Below are positions 21,904-31,781 of a stretch of DNA of 31,781 nucleotides, piece after piece. Made by a program: the position numbers and the translations under genes. The notes under the pieces were generated by a model. That model was not told the origin of the DNA. It did no database searches and worked only from the letters and a program-made list of their open reading frames with translations. The first letter of the stretch is position 1, and the number at the start of each line of letters is the position of its first letter. The DNA is from Octopus sinensis (Eukaryota): contig NW_021832182.1 in assembly GCF_006345805.1 (NCBI RefSeq), positions 1 to 31,781 of the forward strand, given 5' to 3'.

Positions 21904-23476
21904 TGGCGGCCAAAGTTTTCAGACCGGCATTGTTTTCGTCAGAAAAGTAGATATAATTTTTTATCAAAGTTGTTTTATATTCTATAATTTTCACAGACAA
22001 TAAATACGATATTATTTTTGTTATTGCCTGAGATTTTAGTGTAATTTGAGAGGATAATACAAAAGTTATGTATGATTTAGTTATTTACTGCAAAACACAT
22101 AGAGGCCAAAATTATGAGAACGGTTGTTGTAGTATATTTAACCGGCGACCTCTAATGTTTTGAATTTGCTTACGTGATGGTTCGTTTACTAAAAATTAGT
22201 AAGAATATTTGCAGTTTATTTTGTTAATATAATGCCACTTACTCCGTTACCAATTCGTCAGCAGATTATTAAGCTTCGAAGGAAGGATAATTTAAGTATT
22301 GGATCTATTGCAAAGATTGTTAACAAGTCAAAATGTGTTGTACACAGTATTCTTAAGGTCTACGATGATTGTGGTTCGTGTGAAGCAAGAAAGTTTACAG
22401 GGAGGCCAAGAAAAACGACCTAGAGAGAAGATCGTGCTATGGTAAAGTTGGTTAAAAAGGACAGATTTAAAACTGCTGCTGCTGTTTCTCGGAAAATGAG
22501 CATTGTATTGAAGAAAACTTTATCTCGAAAAACTGTGTCTCGTCGTTTAGTTGAACAAGCAAGAGCACCTGCAGTGAAGCCACTGATCAGCTCCAAGAAT
22601 AAAAAGTGTCGTCTTAACTTTGCAACCGAACATGTGTTGTGGTCTCAAGAAAAATGGCAAACAGTGCATTTCAGTGATGAATCTAAGTTTATGTTATTTG
22701 GCTTAGATGGGAAAAGGTACGTTCGTAGAAATGTAGGTGAAAAATTGTCGCCTAAATGCCTTAAGACTAGTGTTAAATTCGGTGGAGGAAGTGTCATGGT
22801 TTGGGGGATGATATCTGGAGATGGTGTGGGCCCTTTGGTGCGATTACATGGAAAGGTAAATGCAGGAGTTTATAAACAATTTGTAAAAGATCATGTCTTG
22901 CCAGTGCTGGGAAATTCAACTAAGCGACCACCCATATTCATGCAGGACAATGCCCCATGTCACAAGGCTAAGGTGGTCATGAACTTCCTCAAGGCTGAGA
23001 AGGTTATTGTTATGGATTGGCCTGCTCAAAGCCCAGATCTCAATCCTATTGAAAACGTATGGAATATTCTAGGAGAACGTTCGAAAACCAGAAATCCTAA
23101 AACAACTGAGCAAATATGGAATGCCCTTCAGGAAGAATGGAATAAGATCACCCAGCAAGAAATTGAAAATTTAATTTCCTCATGCAGTCGAAGATGTCAG
23201 AGTGTGATTTAAGCTAAAGGGCTTCACACTAAATATTAAATAATTCCAGTATTCTGTCATTTTTGATTATTTTGTTATTTTTTCAACCGTTCTGATCCTT
23301 TTGGCCGCCATGGGTTTTGCAGTAAATCACTAAATCATCCATAACTTTTGTATTATCCTCTCAAATTACACCGAAATAACAATTAATATTGCATTTATTG
23401 TCTGTGAAAATATAGAATATAAAACTTATACTTACTTTTCTGACGAAAACAATGCCGTTCTGAAAATTTTGCCAGC

Positions 23477-23481
<5 letters not shown>
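21901..23481 (+). mobile_element. Tc1-family (DD34E) transposon with long IR/DR-type TIRs, in a (TA)n tract
   Basis: TIRs of ~200-225 bp (21901-22126 and 23284-23481). Outer ggccaaagttttcagaccgg and inner ggccaaaattatgagaacgg are direct-repeat-like. TA flanks on both sides. Confidence 0.93.
22232..23239 (+). pseudogene. Tc1 transposase pseudogene
   Basis: GRPRKT, FSDESKF, FMQDNAPCH and WPAQSPDLNPIENVW, with 34 residues between D and E. In-frame stops at 22421-22423 and 23210-23212; the natural end is KGLHTKY* at 23239. Confidence 0.93.
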
Positions 23482-23543
<62 letters not shown>

Positions 23544-23616
23544 ATATATATATTATATACTGTATATATAATAGTCTTCATCTTAGTTATTTCGCTGTTC
23601 ACCACCAGAAAGTAAA

Positions 23617-23727
23617 CATTGCCACTGATGATATCCGGACATATAATGCGGGGTTATTTTACATCTATCATCGCTGAAACGGTGATGATCGAAACCTAAC
23701 ACCACGATTGAAACAATTGTAGGATTG
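23617..23727 (+). ncRNA. Possible hammerhead remnant
   Basis: CTGATGA at 23625, then GAAAC-AATT-GTA (palindromic loop) at 23710-23721. Stems I and II pair poorly. Confidence 0.35.
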
Positions 23728-23861
23728 CTTTATGTTTATGTCATTTGTTGATTCGGTTCCTTTACATCTTAAGTATTGTACGTATTACTTTTTTCATCGA
23801 GATAAAAAAAAAAATAGCCAAGTATCCTCTATTTCCTTTTATTAACTATATATACACACAT

Positions 23862-23915
<54 letters not shown>

Positions 23916-23921
<6 letters not shown>

Positions 23922-24202
23922 ACCGACCAGACAATCAGATGTTGCTACACATCGCTGGTCACAATGCGCTTCGCATTGTTTTAGCCGTCGATAAACGCCA
24001 CCTCGCTGGCTAAGCGAGAAAGCCAACAGAAGAAACAGTGAGAGAAACTTGTGGTGAAAGAGTACAGCAGGGATCGCCACCCCCTGCCGGAGCCTCGTGG
24101 AGCTTTTAGGTGTTTTCGCTCAATAAACACTCACAACGCCCGGTCTGGGAATCGAAACCGCGATCCTACGACCGCGAGTCCACTGCCCTAACCACTGGGC
24201 CA
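23916..24202 (-). mobile_element. tRNA-derived SINE
   Basis: Head tggcccAGTGGTTAGggcag...GGTTTCGATTCCcag. Same family as 14489-14750. Confidence 0.8.
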
Positions 24203-24308
24203 TATATATATATATATAATTAGGTAGATACATGATTAAAAAATCGGATTCATTATGAAAGAATTCATCAATATACCAAATTTCAAAATCTGTGAGAGAA
24301 ACAAAGTA

Positions 24309-24344
<36 letters not shown>

Positions 24345-24702
24345 CCCATATCTTTCATTTCCTCAACGCAAAATTTTCCACTCTATGAATTTATCGCTTA
24401 GTTTGAGTGTGTGTGTTTGTGTTCGTCAGTGTGTGTGAGGCATTTCATTAAGGAGACACGGTAATGTAAAAAGTGTATGCAATATAATAGGTTTTAATAG
24501 CATACATTTCCGTCACTTTTTCCACACACGCACGCGCGCACACACACAAACCCACACACAAGAAAGCATTACAAACACACGCACACACACGCACACACAG
24601 ACATATATGTATGTAACTATAGGTTTGTGTTTATGTGTAATTTGATGTGTATAATGTATTAATACATACATGCCTATATACATGCATATATATATATATT
24701 TT

Positions 24703-25061
24703 CTCTTTTTCTCTTTTACTTGTTTCAGTCATTTGACTGCAGCCATGCTGGAGCACCACCTTTAGTACTTATTCTATCAGTCTCTTTTTGCCGAACCGCT
24801 AAGTGACGGGGACCTAAACAAACCAGCATCGGTTGTCAAGCAATGCTAGGGGGACAAACACAAACACACACACATATACATATATATATACATATATACG
24901 ACAGGCTTCTTTCAGTTTCCGTCTACCAAATCCACTCACAAGGCATTGGTCGGCCCGGGGCTATAGCAGAAGACACTTGCCCAAGATGCCACGCAGTGGG
25001 ACTGAACCCGCAACCGTGTGGTTGGTTAGCAAGCTACTTACCACACAGCCACTCCTGCGCC
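24703..25061 (-). mobile_element. tRNA-derived SINE with internal microsatellite
   Basis: Head ggcgcaggagTGGCTGTGTGGtaag...GGTTCAGTCCCactgcgtggcatcttgggcaagtgtct, followed by an internal TA/CA tract and a tail. Confidence 0.85.
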
Positions 25062-25574
25062 TATATATATATATATATATATATATCACATATATTTAGC
25101 CACTGTAAAGTGATCATGGGCAATATTTTTTGCTTCTTATACAGCTTCTTTCACGAACAGAGATCTTCTAAAATTTTAGTTTCCTAGTCATACAATCAGT
25201 GACAGTATTCTCTATGTATTGCAATCGAAGTAAACTCCTGACATGCCTGGCCACGACTACCCACCTCCGAGGACATCAAATACAGATCGAGACCTGTGGG
25301 GTAGAGTCTTGACGCTAGGGAAGCAGTTGTTATGTCCCGATTGCACTAAATATCGAGTGTGAGAAGCGAACTGTATAAACCAACTGATGTGTTCCTCTGG
25401 TTAAATGGCAGCGTTGTCGTCTCGTAGACGACAGATAGATAGATAGATAAATAGAAAGAGAGAGGGGAGAGAGAGAGAGATAATATAGATATATATTTAC
25501 ATATATATATAATACACAACTACAAGCAGATATATGTATATGAGATAGATGTATGCATGTATGAATATTTATTA

Positions 25575-25639
<65 letters not shown>

Positions 25640-25659
25640 CATATATATATATATGCATG

Positions 25660-26205
25660 TACGAGGTCGTTTCAAATTTCACGAACGAGTTCTATAGCGC
25701 GCCAAGAGATGGCTGCATACGATTGTATGCGCGGTGGTAGCTAGCAGTGACCATCATGAGGCAGCCTGCTGAGTGACATCGCTCTATATATTCGCAAGAT
25801 GTGGAATTTGCAATTTTGTGATACTGTAATCTGCGATTTCTGTCATGAACAGGAAATAGGAAGAATGAAGAAAGTGTAATTTTGCGTTAAAATTTGGAAG
25901 TCTGCTACAGAGAGATTGAGCATGCTTTGGCAAACTTATAGCGGCGAGATAGGGGATTGTACTTAATGTTTCGAGTGCACGGGCCAGATTTACCACCAGC
26001 TGAATTGCATCTGTCCCTCAAGATGAAATCCAGCTCAGAGGTCGAGATCAAGAGCGAATTTAACACCGTCGTCGAGATCAAAATGTCCTCGACTCGCCTA
26101 TGGAAATCTACGTCCAGGCCGGATTCCAAAAGTGTCAGAAAAGCTGGGTTTATTGCTCAGATAACGTAAGTTACTTTTATCAAACATAGCTCGTTCAGGA
26201 ACTTT
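25660..26205 (+). mobile_element. Second, more deleted copy of the mariner relic
   Basis: Homologous to 2463-3305 (gatgtggaatttg, aagtctgcta.agagag, aatgtttcgagtgcac, gagatcaa...ttaacaccgt.gt.gagatcaa, ccaaaagtgtca). Confidence 0.8.
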
Positions 26206-26207
26206 AT

Positions 26208-26353
26208 ATATACGGCGGGTTTCCTTCAGTTACCGTGTACCCAATTAATTAACATACACGGGTTTGTTCGGTTGGAGACCAGATTACACGCAGAAGGACT
26301 GAATACAGAAGCAAAATTCTTATCACACAGCCATGCCAACGCCTACGCGTATG
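26208..26353 (-). mobile_element. Deleted SINE head, homologous to 3306-3440
   Basis: tacacgcag..ggactgaatac...atgccaacgccta...gtatg is shared with 3306-3440. Confidence 0.6.
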
Positions 26354-26369
26354 CACACACACACACACA

Positions 26370-26417
<48 letters not shown>

Positions 26418-26650
26418 ACACACACAATACACACACACATATATGACGGAAATGGAAAATGGATTTTACGAGATTCGTTAATCACTACTGCCGTTTCAAC
26501 CCGTCTTCAATCGGCCCCTCACGGATGAGATAATGGTCGATTGGCCGCGGTGCATCTTTCTTTGCAGATGTTTCTCATCAGTTGACATTTCAAAAAGTAC
26601 TCTGCTCAATAAGCTCGGTTTCACTTGGTTCGATTATAATGTATTTCGTT

Positions 26651-26651
<1 letters not shown>

Positions 26652-26698
<47 letters not shown>

Positions 26699-26811
26699 TA
26701 ATAATAATAATAATAATAATGATAATAATTGTAATAAAGGAGAAGAAGAAGTAGAAGAAGCAAAAGAAGAAAAAGAAGAAGAAGAAGAAGAAGAAGAAGA
26801 AGAAGAAGAAG

Positions 26812-26850
<39 letters not shown>

Positions 26851-26856
26851 AACAAC
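26652..26856. repeat. Compound (TAA)n-(GAA)n-(CAA)n microsatellite
   Basis: Direct reading. Confidence 0.95.
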
Positions 26857-26996
26857 GAAGAAATCGGTGATGAAGCAAAAGTAATATAAGTTGGAAGAAT
26901 ACAGACAAGATGGACAAGCAAAACAATAACAAGAAAATTTCGGAATGAGGATAGAAATGATAATAAAAATATATCAACATAATTTTAGCAACTTAC

Positions 26997-27068
26997 ATTT
27001 CCTCTAAACTTGGAAGATTTTGAAAGGATCCTTGTGGGATGGTTCTGATCTGATTCCTATTGAGATTT
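26997..27068 (-). CDS. Internal coding exon encoding one leucine-rich repeat (host gene, identity unknown)
   Basis: Minus strand ...ttctctttcttttgaactgtgctttatttttCAG | 72 nt | GTAAGT. Phase 2/2. Translates (x)NLNRNQIRTIPQGSFQNLPSLEE(I/M), fitting the 24-aa LxxNxIxxIPxxxFxxLxxLxxL consensus. Confidence 0.9.
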
Positions 27069-27489
27069 CTGAAAAATAAAGCACAGTTCAAAAGAAAGAG
27101 AATTAAAAAGATTTCTTATAAATTATTAAATCTTGTATCTTTAGAATCTAATAAATAAAAAGAGGACGATGATGAAGAAAATGGCCGCGATGAATTTGAT
27201 GATGATGATGAGGAGGATTGCGATGTTGATTGTAAATGTTGTAATAATGACGGTGAGAAGGAAAAATGATGATGATTATTATCGAAAACGATGACAAACG
27301 CTACCGATTAATTGGTGATGACGACGTTGATTATTATGATGTTCATAACGAAGGTGATGATGATTCTGCATGCTAGAAATAGCAGAGTAAATGGTGGGAG
27401 GAAATAGTTATGATGACAAGATAAATTATAACGATTAGTGAATATGAAAATATGATTAGCAGAAGGACTATGAAAATGATAGCGCTGAA

Positions 27490-27496
27490 GATGATA

Positions 27497-27527
<31 letters not shown>

Positions 27528-27748
27528 CGATGATGATGATGATGATGATGACGATGATGATGATGATGATGATGATGATGGTGACGATGATGATGACGAT
27601 GATGATGATAATGATGATGACGATGAAAGTTGTGATGAAAAAGTAAAAATTGATAAGATTAACGAAAAAGGTGAAGGAAAATAAATATAGAGAAGTACTA
27701 GAAGAAGAAGAAGAAGAAGAAGAAGAAGAAGAAGAAGAAGAAGAAGCG
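27490..27748. repeat. (GAT)n and (GAA)n microsatellites
   Basis: Direct reading. Confidence 0.95.
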
Positions 27749-27979
27749 AAAATGATTCATGAAAAGAGGAGAAAGCAGTTGAAAAAATTAAAAGCAGAAG
27801 AACCAGAAAATGATGAACAAGATGAATGTAGAGAAAAAGTTGTGAAGAAGACGATAAATGCAGGAAAAGAAGATATATTAAGACAAGAAAAATGACGTGG
27901 AATATCAGAATGGGGAAACAAGTGGGAATAAAAGAATATTAATACAAATACTGTACTCACACATCAAACAAACGCAAAA

Positions 27980-28106
<127 letters not shown>

Positions 28107-28251
28107 GTATGTATATATATATATATATATGTATGTATATATATATGTATATATATATATATATGTATGTATGTATATAATTATATATAAACACGCTTAT
28201 GCATTTTATTTGCAAGAATTTTTATGTGAAATCGTGTGTTGAAACATATAT

Positions 28252-28714
28252 TTGTTGTATTTAGGAATGGTCATTTTGTCAGTTTAGCCAATAAAAACAC
28301 ACGCAGTATGTATTTGGTGTTACTTTGCTTCAGCGTTATTTAATTTTACATTAATCTTATTTCGACCAAAGTTCCTTCGTCACACTCCTGTGACCTCATC
28401 AGTGGTCCTCTGCTTTCTTCTTTCATATTTGTGTGTCTCTCCTTACTAACGGTCAGCCATTTTGTATTTTGTATTCCTACTGTATGTGTCTTCATTTGCG
28501 CATGGGTATACCTCTATATGGGTCTATGTGTGTGTGGGGGGAGTGCCTGTAATATTTGTATCTCCTGTTTATATACGTTCGAAAGAACTCTGGCCGAAAT
28601 AAGATTAAGCTTAATGTAAAAAATAAATAACGCTGAGGCATAATAACACCAAATACATAGTGCGTGTGTTTTTATTGGCTAAACTAGCAAAATAGCCATT
28701 CCTAAATACAACAA
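28252..28714. repeat. Inverted-repeat element (arms 28252-28379 and 28580-28714, ~200-bp spacer)
   Basis: tgtatttaggaatgg / ccattcctaaataca, tttagccaataaaaacacacgca / tgcgtgtgtttttattggctaaa and taatcttatttcg / cgaaataagatta. Confidence 0.88.
28364..28407 (-). ncRNA. Small type I hammerhead motif
   Basis: Minus strand GACCA / CTGATGA / g-GTCAC-aggagt-GTGAC / GAAG-GAAC-TT / TGGTC. The opposite arm reads GAAA-GAAC-TC-TGG, so the two-arm consensus has an intact GAAA and a CUC triplet. Confidence 0.65.
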
Positions 28715-28979
28715 CAATATATATATATATATATAAATATTACAATTAAGAAATATACACTATAATTAAAATATATATATTTCAATTAAAATAAAGTTGG
28801 ACACAGTAAATTCCATCTCTACAAGATCCCGTTTGATGTTGTTACTGCTTCTCATACATGCCGCCGTTGATTGTGCATCTTACGGCGAGATAGAAATTCG
28901 CAATTTACGGTTATTTGATCCTTTTTCCAAAGCTGTGCTTATGAAATAACTAAATTACAAAATTTGACTGAACAATGAA

Positions 28980-29800
28980 GATTAGAAGCTACTCGCGAAA
29001 GGGTTAGCAACTATAGGCAGCGAATAAGAGAAGAACAGCGGTAAGAAACCAGAGAAAGGGACAAATGGTACCAACAGATGAGGCGATCTGCAATAGATGA
29101 AGAGCAACTCAAGGCACCATTGTAGTGAGAGAGAATGCGAGACCAAGGTAGAAGACAGGATGCGGAAGAACAAACACAGTACAAGGAACAACAAAGATTG
29201 ATATTTCAGCGGAGAATGGAAATCATGAATGATATGCAGCGTCCACAGAATCAGGACCAACAGAAAAGCGTAATGTAACAGAGAAGGGAGAATATGGATG
29301 ATTTGGAAAGGGCTGCTTGTCTCCAAGGTCAAACAGAGAGAGACATCAAGATGGAGTTGCAAGTATGAATGCTGAACAGGCGTTACGTTTGCGAGATGAA
29401 CAGGTGCAACGAAAGCGTGAAGGAAGACATGGACTACCACTGAACAGACACAATAATCCTAAACGAACCTATCGTATTGGTGATATGTACTTATATTGCG
29501 AGTATTGTGGGGCACTGAACTTTAAATATGAAAACTTCATGTTCTGTCACAATAATAAAGTGAATTTTCCACCACTGCAACTAAATCATCGGACATTGAA
29601 GCGTTTATCTGAGAAAATTACCAAGAGTCTGCTTCATTTCGAAAAAAACATCAGCAATTACAACTGCATACCTTCCTTTACGTCATTTGGTGTGAAATTC
29701 TGTGTCGCAAGGAAGAGGTCTACATTGTTTCTGTATTGTTGTGGAAGGATTCCGACCACCTTCCAATTGACTAAAAGGGAACTGACATATTCCTATTAAA
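28980..29800 (+). mobile_element. 5' fragment of a second Helitron RepHel ORF
   Basis: Charged repeat region, then IGDMYLYCEYCGALNFKYENFMFCHNNKVNFPPL (N-terminal Zn-finger-like C..C...CC.GKV.LP motif) and ISNYNCIPSFTSFG. Confidence 0.75.
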
Positions 29801-29808
29801 TAGACAAC

Positions 29809-31781
29809 TGTCGAGTCTTCAGCAATTAATTGGTAAATAGTTCACTGTGAGCCATTGACAGAGAGCGTTGGGTAATCGATTCGCGTCGTGTAAACCTTCT
29901 CTTTCCCCTGATTCCTTAAATCATACGTTCCAAACCAGGGTATAAAAGTGGCGAAGAGTTCTTCGAGGTTTGCGTTGGACGTTTTGAATTTGTTTGGGAT
30001 GGGTATGAAACCAAAGAAAAATCGTTTAAGATAGAAGGCTTATTGGCGTCTGTGGTGCAGTTGCAACAGCAACAATAGTAACAACAACAAGAGTTGCTGG
30101 AATCAATGTTAACGAAGTCTGAAAATACTTCAGGTGCGAACTTGCCAGACAGCGTAGCAATCTCTATTGAAGAATTCAGTTATAATCCAGAAGATAAGAT
30201 TACCTTCTCTGCATATTTTCTAAGATACGAATAAATTTTCAAAGAAGAATTTATAAATTGATCTGAGGGGAAAAATAGTACGACTACTTTGTAAGACAGG
30301 TATCCCTTGCCGAATACAAAAAATGTAGTAATTATATTCTGTCCATGAAGTCAGGTGAGATTTGTTTCAATAAAAACTATTAACATTTTATCAAATGATT
30401 TAGAACTGGACGAAAATTAACTCTTCAGACAGAAGCAGAAGAATGCCAGGAAATACGACGCAGAAAAAGAAATGAAGAAAAAGATTCCCCTCATATTCCA
30501 GTGTCTCCACCGAAACATGAAGCTGTCGTCACCTTTGCCGAGGCTGTTAACGGAAAGTGTAAAAATTCAAATTATATGAATTAAGATGATGCATATTTTT
30601 GGTTTAAGGCCTAACTGCAAGCAAAGATGGAGATATATGTTCACGGATGTCACCAAAATTAGAACTGGACAAAAAGTAACTCTACAGGCAGAAGCAGAAG
30701 AATGCCAGGAAAGACGACGCAGAAAAAAAATGAAGAAAGCGATGCCCAAAACGAAATTGAAGAAAAAGATTGCTCTCATATTCCAGTGTCTCTCACCGTA
30801 ACAGATAAGAAATAAGAGAAACAAATGTGAAGATCGAATCCATGTTGTGGGTGCGGTGGTCACATTTAAAAGTAATTGCCCGTTTAAAAATATAAAAGGG
30901 CGTCAAATGTGGCAAGAGAGAGATCATAAAAAAATCTCACTGTAGAACAAACCTGGAAAACAGTTCAACAGAAAGAAAACACGAAAACAGGTTATCGGTG
31001 ACCAAAAAACGAACAGCCTCAAAGGAAATTTGTGGACGTAAAGTTGCAACTAGATAAGGGCAGTGATAATTAACACAGATACATAGAAAAAAAACCCAGA
31101 AGACGTAGATTAAAAGACATTTCGAAAATTGCAGGTGGTATTTCAGGAAAATATTACATTTTAATGCGTAATGATAAATCACGTCCATTTCGTGGGAAAA
31201 CCTTAAAACCAAAGATTTTGTTGAATACTATCCCAAATTTATTCGGAACACTGAATAGAATTGTTTAACTTATGGGAACTCCCATAAATCTTTTCAGTAA
31301 AAATGTGAATGGTTTTCTTGCCAATACAAATGAATCTTCGGACGATTTGTAAAAATAATTTTGAAAGATTTTTCCTGAAGTTCTCTCTGATAAATTAGAT
31401 CTGAGCATCACAACGAAAACGAAGTTCCAAGTAAAAGTAAATGCCAAACCGGTATTTAAATATAAACGAACTGTAACTTTTGCATCGTTGGAACAGATAA
31501 ACTTTGCAGCATTAGAAACAAATAAACAAAATCAGAGTGTATGCTGATTTTTCCACTCGTTTAAATGAGTGTCTTAAAACGTTCCACTATCCACTACCTA
31601 CCCTGGGGATATATTTGCAAAATTAGACGGTGGCAAGGTATTTTCTTAATTGGATCTCTCTGACGCGTACCTACATATTAGAGTAGACGTGAATGCTATA
31701 AATACCTAAAAATTAACGCACATATATATAACAACAGGTACTGTATGCCTTTATGTCACACACGGCGATTTTCAAATATTA
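29809..31781 (+). mobile_element. Decayed Ty3/Gypsy (Mag-like) LTR retrotransposon: short LTR, PBS, gag and RT fragments
   Basis: gggtataaaa-g-TGGCGAAGAG (PBS-like, 29949-29958). gag-like EEFSYNPEDKITFSAYFLRYE and KLELDKK.TLQ..AEECQ. RT-like AKPVFKYKRTVTFA and PLPTPGDIFAKLDGGKVFS*LDLSDAYLHI. Runs off the window end. Confidence 0.8.

Noticed and set aside
24975-25061. tRNA-like A/B boxes (also 14690-14750 and 24140-24202)
   Set aside because: These are SINE heads continuing into SINE bodies, with no complete cloverleaf, so they are not tRNA genes.
26621-27895. Poly-L/C/S/F/I, poly-M and poly-E ORFs
   Set aside because: Trinucleotide microsatellites with no splice signals or domain content.

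Overview
AT-rich, microsatellite-dense animal genomic DNA; the SINE and transposon repertoire looks cephalopod/Octopus-like, which is inference from memory and not a search result. Almost the whole window is decayed mobile DNA: several Penelope-like (RT + GIY-YIG) pieces, an L1/Tx1-like LINE, one large and several partial Helitrons, Tc1 (DD34E), DD37D and mariner relics, tRNA-derived SINEs and a Ty3/Gypsy relic. Two signals are missed by the ORF track. (1) One clean 72-nt, phase-2/phase-2 leucine-rich-repeat exon lies on the minus strand (26997-27068), so the window is probably intronic to a large LRR gene. (2) There is a dense set of type I minimal hammerhead ribozyme (HHR) motifs. Two of them, each just downstream of a Penelope GIY-YIG ORF end, share a non-canonical AUGAAUA core (compensatory A3:U8 in place of C3:G8). 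Others sit in non-coding fold-back (palindromic) elements that share a common tail. All ribozyme folds and alignments were done by eye, and no activity is demonstrated.
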